A stretch of DNA of 64,000 bases from Klebsormidium nitens. Taxonomy: Eukaryota; Plantae; Klebsormidiophyceae. Of the stretch, positions 1 through 12,340 are shown piece after piece (positions within the stretch are counted from its first letter, which is position 1; each line of letters opens with the position of its first letter). The notes under the pieces are model-generated. The model was not told the origin of the DNA and did no database searches. It saw only the letters and a program-made list of their open reading frames with translations. The stretch spans positions 11,333 to 75,332 of the forward strand of contig DF237408.1 of assembly GCA_000708835.1 (NCBI GenBank). Reading direction: 5' to 3'. Position numbers and translations under genes: made by a program.

Positions 1-66
1 CATAGACGTTCTTTGTGCACATAATAGTGCGGGATTCTCTGATGTCTCTGCCTCCTGTTTTTTAGG

Positions 67-3000
67 GCGTGTTTGCGGTGCGCTGGAGCCGTGGCTGACA
101 CACAGGCGGTGGGCCGACTGGAGGACCTGCTTTTTGGCAGCGGCCTCAGGATATCTCTCCAGACCAACAACGCCCTGATTGATGGTAAGGGGTTTCATTT
201 TTTGATGCAGATTGCAGCATGTGGAAGCTGTCACTGTCTTCTGATATTGCATGCTGATGAGTCAAAACAATCCTGCTTTCATCAACGAACGCATATTGGT
301 GATTGGACGATCTGGTCCCAGCTTTCCCTCAATAGACCTTTCAAATCAAATCGACAGCCGTCTGAATCTCACTTGAGCGCCCCGTGCTTCAGCCTGGGCC
401 CACTGCGGGGAGGTGGCCTATGGCTGGCATGCGGTCGAGCGGCTGAAGCGGCAGGGGCTGCGGCCCGACTGGTGGACCTTCAACACGCTCATCAAGATGC
501 ATGCCCTGCAAGGGGACAAGGACGGGGCCTTCCGCGCGTTTGAAGCGATGCAAGCCGAGGGTGAGGGAAAGGGAGTCCTTTCGAGGACTTGTTTCTGCGA
601 CGGAGTAAGACGCGATTATGTTAGAATCATATTGAAGTCAAATGGTGTTCTTGAAAGATTCCGTGCATCACATAACGTGGGAAGCAGGCACACACTTAGA
701 AGAGAGGCAAGAACATAAAAGGACACCTCCTACAGCACGCCTCAAGTGAGCAAAACCATCAGTGATTGATGTCTGGTGTAGGTATCCGGCCCGACCGTGT
801 CACGTACAACACTCTCCTGGAGACCTGCGTCCAGGCGCGGAGGTTCGACTCCGCCCTCTCTTTGTATCGGCGGTGGCGCAAACAAGGGGAAATCGAACCA
901 GATCAGATCACCATTGCTATCTTATTGGTGAGTTGGATACGGGGAGAGGCAAGAATCGTTGTCAGGCTCGTTGATGATGTTGCTCGCGCCTTCAAAACCA
1001 ATTCTGGTAGTATTTGCTTCTGACTCTCCACCCCCTTCCAAATCCATGAAGCCACCTGAGCTTCTCCGCAAATTTGCAGCGGGCGGCTGGTCACCAGCTG
1101 AACAGCAAGAAGGTGCACAAGGTGTTGGCGGAAGCGAAAGCCGCGGGGCTCAACATGGATGAGAAGGTGAGCCACCGTGATGCTCGACAAAACACAGCAA
1201 AATAGTAGGTGTATGTATGAGCACAGTTCTTTTAGGGACCTGGGTCCTCCACCCGTATTCCAGATGCGAAACGAGCGGCTGTTGTCCTTGCGGAGACTGA
1301 TGACAATTATCCTGGTTGTTGGCGGAGGCTTCGCATCTCCGGTGCTTTCCACACGGGCTGATTGGCGACGAACTGACCGTCGACAACCGCAGATGTACGA
1401 GAGTGCCGTCCTGGCGTTTGTTCGCTGCGGCGAGGGTGCCCCTGCGTTGCGAATGTTGGAGGAGATGACGTCAGCTGGCTATCCGCCAGCCATGGAGGCC
1501 AGCCAGGTGCTGACCAAGGTGCGTGGCACACTTCTCAGCACGGCCCGCACTTTCCAGCGCATCAGGAAGTTGCGAGCTGCCATGCGCTTAAACTTTGTCA
1601 CCTGCATCGATGAGAAATCGTACAGAAGATCCTTTCTTAATTTTACTCGACATTATGATGGTGTTGTTGGATGGACTGTCATGTAGTCTGGTCATTCTTA
1701 CCCGAAGATCGACTCGGTTTGCAAGTTTTACTTTCTCGGTCTGGTCAAGTCGGGCGACTACCTCCAGACCGATGCATGTCTGCCTTGATTTTTGCATATG
1801 TAAGTGAGCAATACGAGCGAGCACTGTGCGGCGCCCAGCTTCTTTGCTGTAACTCACTGCGCAAATTCAGGGAATCACGTTGGGCCGACGGCATGTCGCT
1901 TCACCCTTCCAATCAAGTAAGGCCCAGGCACTGACCTCGTCCCCCGCTTCACAGTGCGTTGAGAAGGCGTTGGTTCGGGAGTGCAAAGCGGCAGCCCCTG
2001 CGGGCCGGCTGCGCCAGTTCCTGAAGGATATGGCGGCGGCGGGGGTGCTCCCGACAGCGGAGACGGGGGCCTCCATTGTCAGGACGCTGGCCCTCACCAA
2101 AGGGCCCCAGGCAGCCATGGGTGAGCGCTCAGAGGACAGTGCCCGAGTTCAGAGATTCTGGCCTGCAAAGTGTTCACATGGAAGTATCTGACTACGAAGT
2201 ATTACTTGCACCCTGTTCCGCTTCAACATACTTGATGATGTTTGGACCTCTCATCGAGTCAACAACTTGTTCAAACGGCTGCTTGGCCACGTGACAGGTG
2301 AGGAGTATACGGGTGAAGGCCCCTGATTCACAAAGCGTCACGAAGCGCGGCGTCGGTCCATACAAAGGGGACAATTCTTAGCTGAAACCGAATAATTTGA
2401 CCTCCCTTGCAGATGTTGCGTGGGAGTTGCAGCGGGGCCACGTGAAGCCTCTTGGAGCTGCCACGTGGGAGGTTTTGCGGAGCGCCATCAAGGACGCTGT
2501 CCCGTCCTTGTACAAGCAGGTGAGCTGCTGGCTGTACGGCGTCGCTGACGTAAGCAAGTACTGCGGACGTGGCTTTAAGGAACTAGGGATAAAGGAGACG
2601 CAAACGTAAAGCCTTCGCAAATGTTGGGTTTCCCCAGATTGACCACGGCAAGGTCGGCAGTATGGGCCAGGAAGCCATATGCGGTGTGGTTAGAAAGGAG
2701 TGAAAAGGACAACCTCCTGAGCTTATCGAGGAGTCCTGGGCAAAGAATCGCAGCTAGATGAGGATGGTTATGCGCAGAGTATGCCGTGCTGTTGCGTCAG
2801 CACACGGACCTTGTCTGGTCTGTGCTTCGAATTGCGCGCTCTGCCTATGACGGCCTTGTGCAGCTTCAACTTGGATTCAAGAGCGGACGGCAATCTCCAA
2901 GACCTCTCTTTGTTCTGCAGGCTGCGGCTGCGGCACGCCTGCTTCCTGCTGCCTTGGAAGAAGATGGGGAGGAGGTTGACAGGTATGCACTTTTCGAGCA

Positions 3001-5808
3001 CGGCCTTGCAAGGGTCATTGCGCAAGAAGGAGGCCCCCTTCGCGGGTCTTCAGCATGTGGTGGTGGTTCGGGGCAGTGTGTGAAACATCTGCGAAATGCG
3101 CGATATAGTTGGCACTCGACGGGCTCTGTTCTTGGCGAAGCTTCAACTTTAATATGGCCACAGGCATAAAGCGTCCATGTGCTCGAACTTCGGGTACAAG
3201 AGCAGAAGCTTTAGCTACTTTGAGGGTCCGATCAAAATCCTTCACTGCCAGAAGTCAGTCGGCAATTCGGCCACCTCTTTTTCTCGCCTTGCAGCACTGT
3301 GTACGAGACGTGCATTGCGGCCTGCGCCCGGGCTGGGGACGGCGTGTCGGCTCTTACTCTCTTCGAGGCGCTGCAGAAGCGAGGCCTGACCACCGACCTC
3401 ACCATCGAGAAGGCAAGCTGCTTTCCGCTGACGCCGAGATCCTCGCTCTTGATGCTTTGTCAGCAGGTCTTCGGACTGCGGTGCTGGGAGGGTCTATGTC
3501 AGCCTGCAGAGAACACTCTGAGCTTGCAAGGGACGAATTCTGTGCCTAAGTGCAGAGACCACTCGTTTCACTTTATTATCGGCTGCTCTTGAACTGTTAT
3601 CCCATGTTTTCAATCATATGCGCAAGCAAGAGGAGGGTGGAAGCCACCGCTTTTCCTGGAAGACGAGAGTCGAGGTGCGCAGACGGACGTCAGCACCAGA
3701 TCTGTGAGATCCAGGGTTTGTGTAACAGCAGATGCACGTGTACTTCTGGCAGGTTTGGCTCGACACCGTTGGGGCGGCGATCCAGGGCGCCATCACGGGG
3801 GTTGCGGCCGAGAACACCACCGATAACGAAGACGAACCCGGGAAGAGCACTCAGGTAGGCCAATCTTTCGCAAGTGCTTCCATTGATAAGGAGTGCGAAA
3901 GTCGCTAAGCTCGTCGCAGGTGTCTTGAATCTTCTCCATCTGTTGCAGAGAATTGTATGGAACTTCAGAATCCAAAGGTGTCGCGGTCCTACGGCTTCCG
4001 TTCGTCTTGCATGTCCTCGGCTCGTCCTAGATTTGGGCAGTCGCCGTAGGTCGCGACTCCGGCTAGACCACGTCCATTCTGTACCCTGCAGGCTGACGTC
4101 GCGTTTGGCGGGACCGAGGTCGCTCGCCAGCTGGCCGCGTCGGGGATTCGACTGACGGCCAGAAGTGTCCCCGAACTCATCTCAGCCGTGGCTGCCGCGT
4201 CGGACTCGGATGCCGAAATTGCGCGCCGGCCCCGAGAGCCGGACGGAGCGGGGGTGACCCGGGCAATGCTGCTGGTGGACGTACTGCCCAAGCTGGTGAG
4301 GCGACTCACAATCTGCTGAATGTTGAGCCTCTTCAAAATGCACAAAGTCTAATTCTTTTATTAGAATAAGGCGCTGAAAGTTAAAACGAAAGTCGCCGAC
4401 AGGGTCCAAGCCTTACGTGGCGGCAAGGCGGGGGATCAATCTCGTTTGTCTTAGCTGTTCTGGAGTTCAAAGTCAAGGTTCCAAGCTGCGAAGGCTCACC
4501 GTGTGCTTTGGGTGCACTCTAAAGAAATGCCGTGCGATCCGTATATTGACTCGCTTTGTGTGCTCGTGCAGTTCGACTTGCCACCAAGTGCTAGTGCGTA
4601 CAGCGCACTGATGAAGGCATGTTGGGACCAGAAACAGGTGAGGATGTGAGCTCCTTATTAGGCGCACCTAGCTCACCGTCGCTCAAGAAGTCGTGTGGTC
4701 GTCATTGCGCTGAAAGGTCCGTTGTGAAGGCTTGCAGAGGAGACGCGTACGGCCAGAGTCCACTGGCAGCGTCTGCTGGTTGTCCTGGTTTACCATTTCC
4801 AAGCTGGGTGTAGGTGGATTCAACACCTCGTAACACCGTGCTCCTGTTTGGAAACGGACTATATGGCTGGACAGCTGCACGCGACGCAGGAGCGTTAACT
4901 TCACAAGCTTTGCGACTTGGCCAGCAAGCGGTCACTGCGGCAACCTATGACGGGCTTCGAAAGATTGGGTGGTTCCTTCTTGGAGTCCCTCCGTGTCTGC
5001 GTGCCTCTGTGGAGGAACGCAGCAAGCTGATGCCCCGTTTTGTGCCTTCTGGTCAGTTCTTGCGGGTTGAGGAGGTATGGCAGCGGATGCGGGTGGCCCA
5101 GGTGGTCCCAGACCTTGCCACGTGGCAGCTCCGCATCAAGGCCTTGGCGCGCGAGCGGCTCATCGCAGGACGCGTCAGTGCACTGCTGGCGAGCATGCAG
5201 AAGGACGGAGTGGCCCCAGACGAAGGGACGCTCAGGTACTCCGCAAAGAACATTGACAGGTCTTGGCCTAAACGTAGTCAATTCAGCCTAGACAGCCTAT
5301 GGGAAGCTGTGAAGCTGCGACTTGAGCTTGCTCTTCACGGCTCTTTGTGCTTTCACTTCTTCCAGGCACGTTGAGTATCTTTACGTAATCGCTTGTGTCA
5401 GGATGCTGTTTCCATGAAAGACACTGACTGGTCGTGTCTGCTCGTTACAGGACCATGTTGCAAGCCTGCCGGGTCTCGGGTGACCTCCCTGGTGTCCGTT
5501 ACATGATGAGCGTCATTCACTCCTTTGAGCGTCAGGAGGCCAGCCGTAGCAGCGGCACGGCCTCCTCGGAAGAACAACAGCCACGCAGCACTGGGGAGCT
5601 GCCCACGATCAAAGCCCGGCGTGTTGTCACTAGGCGGAGCACGCTGCGGAATCCGGAGCCCCCGCTAGACCCCCTGAAAGAGAGGGACAGACGAAGGAAG
5701 CGGTTTACATCGAAAACGTCGGCTGCTGTGCCATCACAAGCTGAGGGCGAAGGCTGGCCCAAATTAGCTGTTGTGGGCTCGCCTGTCACAGACCCATCTT
5801 GTTCATAA
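67..5808 (+). CDS. Multi-exon P-class pentatricopeptide repeat (PPR) protein; 5' end lies upstream of the window
   Basis: Successive exons carry PPR-like 35-aa units: GLRPDWWTFNTLIKMHALQGDKDGAFRAFEAM (~450-560), GIRPDRVTYNTLLETCVQARRFDSALSLYRRW (~780-880), MYESAVLAFVRCGEGAPALRMLEEM (~1393-1470), YETCIAACARAGDGVSALTLFEAL (~3300-3375), VVPDLATWQLRIKALAR...LLASMQKDGVAPDEGT (~5100-5230), YRTMLQACRVSGD (~5450). Last exon ORF stops at 5808. Not every exon boundary was resolved. Confidence 0.85.
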
Positions 5809-6648
5809 CGGAAATGTCGAGGGGTGTATAGTAGTCATTCTGATGTTCGTATCTGACTTGTTCTTTAGAAAATTATTCTCTTGCGATCTTGGGGACCGCA
5901 GTAGTGAGAATGCTGCCGGCTCTGCCCTACTTATTCTGACGTTCGTGTTACCACATTTGTCAGATGTGGTGAAAACCGTCGTTCTCACCGGGGGGGCACC
6001 AAGTACATGTGATACTAATATGACTTGAATTGAACGCTGATGTGTCGATAGCGCGCTGCCATATCGTCTGTACATGCGGCGGCCCTCATAATATTGACCA
6101 ATGGAATTTCGAACCGACCACTGGAAGCTTAAATACATGTGCGCTGCGGTGAACGTACTCAGCCATACATGCGGTAGTTGGAGGCGAATCGAGGTGTGTA
6201 CGACATGTATGCATCGCACATATGTTCATTTGTAAATTGAGATCATGTCTCGCTTGACCCAGTACCGTGAAGGAGCTTGCAATCACACTCTGACAGGGTG
6301 CCCTTTTGAGCCGGGGTTACCGGGGTCATGTGCATATGCACCATTTCGACATTCTTAGTTTGACAAAAGCTGCATTCATTCGCTGTGCAAGGAGACGCCT
6401 AGCTTGTACAGCAAAATGCAACTTATGACTGCGGATTGCAGCACCTAGGTCCAACACGCAACTCAAAAATACACGCGCCTCGTAGCTGCAACGAAGCACC
6501 TATAGTACATGTCTCATCTTAACAACCCGTACAAGTTGCCTAAGTTCTGGGTTCCTACAGATAGAAAGAATATCACAGAGCTGAATCGAGCAGATTTCAA
6601 GTAACAAATTCACAATGTAGACAACTCCACCGACCCTCAAGATGGTAC

Positions 6649-8554
6649 TCAGCTTTTCTTTTTCTGTTTGGGGTTAGGCTTAATGAGCTGCCGAAGCCCA
6701 TCTGCCGGGGAGATATCCCAGCTCTCAACGTGCCTGCAATACAAGAAAGTTGGCTGCGTAAATGCGTGCGCTCATGCATGTCATAATTTATAGAGTATTG
6801 TGCGCCCAACAAGCGAGCATGAGACCCTGTTAGAAGCCCATATTGCACACACAACAGCTTGGCGGTCAGTTCGCTTGTAATTTGGCACTTACTTGACTAT
6901 TTTCTTGCTTGTTGGGTCGAAGTAGTGCTCTGTTCCCCCGGAAGCTGCAAATAAACTTTCTGTTTGAGCTGAAGGTTTCCGCTTCCAATCTGGGAGGTGC
7001 AAGCGCACAAAGTACATTGGTAAGACTCAGTAAGGGGATGCCTTGAAAGGAGACCACCGGCAGCCATGTTCAACTTCACTCTTTAATGCACCCTTACATC
7101 AGCAGAACGTGGACATTGACATTGAACCCGGGCATAAGGTATCACTTGATCGTGCTGGCATACTTGATACATTACGTCTCAAACAGACAGTGGAGCCCAA
7201 GAAACAAGCCATCGCTTCACGGAGCGCATCGCTTGGCAGAATGAGGTTTCCAACCTGCAAGGATTGGCCGCCAGGGAAGGCCCAACACACATCTGAACCG
7301 CCACTTGGCTGCGATCTTATTCTGCAAAGAACAGCAGGTAGGGCGTCAGCATAGCTTCGATGGAGTTTTGAAAGTAAAGAGGACCCCTGTAGAGAAGGCT
7401 AGCGGGCGAATCACTGCAGGACTCCAGATTTTGTGGGGGGCAGATGCTTTCGGATGCTGTCATATGCTGGAGCCCAATAAACTTTTTCTTGATATTGATG
7501 TCGGCGGGCTTGCCTAAACCATGTTTTCCTGATAGATGTGTCCCAATTCGAAATATCTTTGCGGATGGGGTTAGACCTCGGACGTTAACGTTGGTGGAGG
7601 CAATACGCAACAGACCTTTTCACGCAATCGAGCTCTCACCTCAGACTCCTGCCAATCAGTGATGGTCAGGTTGACCTCCTGCAAGGAAGAGGGACATGTC
7701 AGAGTGGCAGCTGGGAAGCACGATAAAGCAGTACAATGCATGATTGCGGATGTCCGGTATTGTCAAGCGATCACATGAAGGGGAGAGGCCGTACCTCCAT
7801 GAAGCTGCCAAGGTTGCTGACATTTCGCTTGAAGCGATAGAGCCCTCTAAAGCTGGCAAACGGGTCCGCAAACTCGCAGTCCTTGTCGTAGATCCGGGTT
7901 GTCATGTCGCCTGTGACAATGGCGATCAGCGGTTGATCCGTCAGACATCTGGCAAGACTATGTTAAGAACTTATAATTGACGACGACGCACATCTCATTG
8001 AACACTTCATTACTCTTTTGTGCACTTCACAAGCATCATGTGAATGTCAGGGCAAGCTGCAAAGGGCACCTGTGATGCAAAGTTCACATGGTCACCAGAC
8101 AAGCAAAGCTGACACAGCTGACCCAATTGACTTTGCCCCGCTGACCTGTGACAAAGTACGATTTGTCATAATCAGCCCGCAGCAGGGCCACAACCTCCTC
8201 ATGGGACAAGGGCAGCACCGCCTCATCGATCTCATCTTCCTCCTCCTTGTCCTTCTTGGGACGAAATGCCGCCACGGCCTGCCCAAACGCCTCTGAGGCA
8301 TACCACGCAGCCTTCACAGGAAGAGACGACTCTGCTGTTGGCGCAGTCTTTTCCGGTGCCGCTTTACATTGGACTCTTAAATGCTGCCCATACTGAATTG
8401 ATGAGCGGTGGTGCGCTGTCTTCAGGCTGTGAATTGGGGCACCGCTTAATGAAGCGTGAGTCGAGGACAGAGAGTCAACAAGCTGATTCTGAGGGCACAA
8501 AGGATGGCGCAAGAGGGAGGGAGTGCTCGTCACGGGAGCGAATGAGCACGCCAT
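6649..8554 (-). CDS. DUF2358 (SnoaL/NTF2-like) family protein, 6 exons, probable plastid transit peptide
   Basis: Spliced translation: MACSFAPVTS...LLRADYDKSYFVTG | DMTTRIYDKDCEFADPFASFRGLYRFKRNVSNLGSFME | EVNLTITDWQESE | NKIAAKWRFRCVLGLPWRPILA | SGGTEHYFDPTSKKIVK | HVESWDISPADGLRQLIKPNPKQKKKS*. YFVTG, F.DPF, LPWRP and H.E.W are DUF2358 hallmarks. All joins are GT-AG and in phase. Confidence 0.85.
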
Positions 8555-9198
8555 CGTGCTTTGGACGCCAGCTCAATGTGCTGATCGATCGATCGACTGT
8601 CCAGAACATACGTTGAAATCTGGGCTGGTCCGGTTATCCCGGCGGTTAATCTAGCACAGGCCACACTCGTCAGCACTCAGGCCGCCCGAGTAGGTATGTT
8701 CTCTACTTAGTATACTGTATGACTCCGTCACTCCGAGCTCCGGCCGCGCCCGCTGGTCAAGCAAACCTCGGCCACGTTAACCCGGCTATCATGTGGAAGA
8801 CGACAATGTTGAGGGAGCCCCTAAAAATCTCTACGAAAGAAAACCATAAACCGCACATTCCCACTGCCAAGGACGCACAAATCCGGAAGTGAAGGGGGTC
8901 TGCAGGGTCTTTGGTTGCAGATTCTCCTTCTGGCGTCACCCATTGAGCATGTATTTGCGTCTAAATGTGCCCAGCCTGACGAATGTGAAGGGCGTTTGGG
9001 ATCTAGGCAAACGATGAGCTGCAGGTGAAAGGAGGGTGAAAGAGCTAGACGTCAGCTCGTGCACCGGCAGTGCGCAAGCCAGCACACTCACTGCAGAACT
9101 GTTCTGCTTCTTGAAGGGCCCTCACCGCAATTGCCCATCACATCAATGAGTTGCAAGCGCAATTGATTGAGGCGTCGTTAAACTTGTTGATTGAAATC

Positions 9199-12100
9199 AT
9201 GAGCACGTCAAGGCTTGTTGGAGTGCACCACAAAACTGCATGCATCACTTTCCCGCAGACTCAGGATGCTGCCACTCAGAAGAGGAGGAAACTGAGCGTC
9301 GCAGCATTGCAGGGGCAAGCAGTGGGGAACCAGATACTCTCAAAGTATGGCAATCACAACTTGTATGTAAGGAGCATCAGACCCTCCTTCCTGCCTCTGA
9401 GGCCTCAGCATCGAACACGCTCGCATACAGCGCCCCCCTGTGTTGCCGCGGTGTCCAGCCCCGCTACCGCGGCTGCCCCTCTGGCCAGTGTCGCTGTCTC
9501 GTTGAGAACGCAGCTACAGCAGTGGCAGGCGAGCCCCTTGGTGGGAAACTCAGAATGGGCCGTCTGGGCCTTCTTGTTGGCGGCAGGGGCAGCAGGACTC
9601 TGGTGAGCTTTCTTTTCTTCCTGGAACTTCATGCCAAGGACACAAGCTCCCCGCGCACCACCTCGCAAGTTGTCCCACCGATGCCCTTGCCAACCTGCAA
9701 AGTTTCATGACTTGCTCAAAGTAAACACCTTCGCCAAGTTCAGAGACAAGTTGATCTGCTTGTCAACAAAAGCCCCCTGTACAGCGGCGGTTTGAGTCGT
9801 GGACCACTGTCCCAATATATCCCTTGATTTCATCTTGTTGATCACATGTCTGCCCCGAAAAATTGCGTAGGTCTGAGAAGACGACTTTGGGCCAGGCTCT
9901 GAGCGGTCCGCTGGTGAGCACGCTGATTGGCCTGGCCCTCAGCAACCTGGGCGTCCTCCCCGCGGCCGCCCCCGCCTACGCTGTGGTCAACAAGTTCCTG
10001 CTGCCCCTCGCTGTGCCCCTCCTCCTGTTCAGTGCTGACATCAAGCGGGTGTTTAGCGAGACAGGGCGCCTCTGGCTGGCCTTCCTCCTGGGAGCCGGTG
10101 AGAGCCGCCAACCATGGGGACAGCCCCTCCCTCTGCCTGACACGCTCGCATAGCAGAACCAACTTTGATGAAGCGAGTCTTGCATATCAATGGCAATTGT
10201 GGTAAATTGTTCAGGAAGAAGTTTGCAGGCCATCCGCATACCAGCGCGCATGCCGATAGCAGCAAGGATCGGTGCTACACAAGCTCAAGGTCCAATCGAT
10301 CCCAAAATGTGGATCAACGTCAAGTTTACTCTGCTGCAGTACCAATTTTGGCTCGCTTTTACCAAGTCTTCAGGTTATCGATTGGCATAGATGCTGGAGG
10401 CCCAAACGGTCCCCTCGATTCATACTGAGTCTACCTGTCCGCATGCTTTGCAAGGTTAGCGGCGACTGTGGCGGGGTCGTTCGCCGCGCTTTCCCTGTTT
10501 CCTCTTCGTTCCCTGGGGGAGGATGGCTGGAAGATGGCAGCTGCGCTGATGAGCAGGCACATCGGAGGGGGTGAGTCCTCCAAGTTTGGTTGGGCAGAAC
10601 GTTGGGAAACAAACGGATGGGACAGTATTTGCATCTCATGATGACAGATCTACCACTACATTTTGAAACTGGACGCATAAAACACATTGAAAAAACAGCA
10701 GCTTCATCAAGTGAAAATTGGGCCAGGTATTGATGTCAGATCTTGGCAAAGGTGCGGCAATAGAGACTCCTCAACTTCCAAACCACCCGGAGTACCAGCG
10801 AGATGTACATTCTGATAATCTGAACGATCGAACACCGACAATAGAGACTACATTGCTGCGTCTCTTGAAACCCTCCTGGTTGTCGTCATTCCGCCTCCCT
10901 TAAGCCCCATGTATCCATCTCGCAGCGGTGAACTACGTGGCTGTGTCAGAGGCCCTCCAGACGTCCTCCTCCATGGTCGCCGCTGGGCTGGCAGCCGACA
11001 ACCTCATCTGCGCCCTCTACTTCACCCTCGTATTCGCCCTGGCCGCCGGCATTCCCCCCGACCAACCAAGCGCCGCCACGTCATCACCTATCACATCTGC
11101 CGCTCTCCCTCCAGAAGAAGGAAAGAGCACATTTACAGTTCTGGAGGGCTCAACCGCTCTAGCACTATCGGCTGCAATCTGCGCCGTTGGGAGCCGGCTG
11201 TCCAAGTTGCCTGCGTTGCGCGTATTGGGCGGGGGGATCCCCTGCATGACGGCAGTGGTGGTTGCGCTGGCCACGCTGCTGCCAAAGCAAGTCGGGGCGC
11301 TGGCGCCGGCGGGAGAAGCCCTTGCCGTGATTCTTATGCAGGTGAGGCACTGCCTGCCGTGGCAGGCTCTCGATCATGAATATGAACGGGACTGAGCTGC
11401 TGATGACCGCCCTCTGTTCCCAGCTCTGAACCCTTGACCCGGAGCCGACCTCGAGCTTCTACTTCAGAAAAGCATTGCACCCTTGGGACCCACTGTGCAC
11501 TGGAGTCGCCTTCCGGCCTCTCGTTTCAAATTGAGACGAGCATGGAAGTCGATCAATCATTACGGACAAGGAAGGAAGTCCGATTACTAGACGAAAAAGC
11601 TACGAAGTCGGACCACCCGTTTCTTCGAAGTTCCGTGTGTTGCGTGCTCTTGCATGTACCGAACAAAAGCCGCCAAGGGACACTTGTCGTTGCGCGTGAT
11701 CCCCCATGACGTATCCCTACGTGTCTTTCAAACAGGCAAACTCTGTTTCACGCCCCTTTTCTTGGTGCTCCTCCAGGTGTTCTTTGCCACGGTGGGCGCC
11801 AGCGGCAGCGTGGCGTACGTCGTGACCACCGCCCCCTCGCTGTTCGCCTTCTCCGCGCTGCAAATCACGGTCCACCTGGCACTGACCCTCGTAAGCGGGC
11901 GCCCCTTTTGACGCTGCTCACGCGCCCTTATACTGCGGCTTGAGGCTCAGTTTCATTGACGCTTTCGCTTGATGTCAACGGCTAAGGTCGACCGGGCCAC
12001 TGGCAATTAGAGGAGTCCGCCGGGTCGAATGGTGGAGTCCCATGCTATCCTCCAACTCTTTGCAGCCAAGGGCCGTTTGATTTGACGAGCCCCTGAGTAA

Positions 12101-12340
12101 TTTGCCCTGCTATTCTCGTATTTGGTCCAGGGCTTCGGCAAGCTCCTCGGGTTCAGCCGGCGCGACCTGCTGCTGGCGTCCAATGCGAACGTGGGCGGTC
12201 CGTCCACTGCCGCGGGCATGGCCACCGCCAAGGGCTGGCGCGCGTCGCTGGTGCCGGCCATCCTGGTGGGCATCTTCGGATACGCGACCGCCACCTTCTT
12301 GTCCATCTACGTGGGCCACACATTCTTCCGACGATTCTAA
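9199..12340 (+). CDS. DUF819 family multi-pass membrane protein (plant/cyanobacterial type), probable organellar targeting
   Basis: Exons: ...WAVWAFLLAAGAAGLW | SEKTTLGQALSGPLVSTLIGLALSNLGVLP...LLPLAVPLLLFSADIKRV...FLLGA | ATVAGSFAAFSLFPLRSLGEDGWKMAAALMSRHIGG | AVNYVAVSEAL...AGLAADNLICALYF...VILMQ | VFFATVGASGS...FSALQITVHL | GFGKLLGFSRRDLLLASNANVGGPSTAAGMATAKGW...GIFGYATATF...FRRF*. IGGAVNYVAV and ASNANVGGP.TA are DUF819 motifs. The start codon is the least certain part. Confidence 0.88.
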
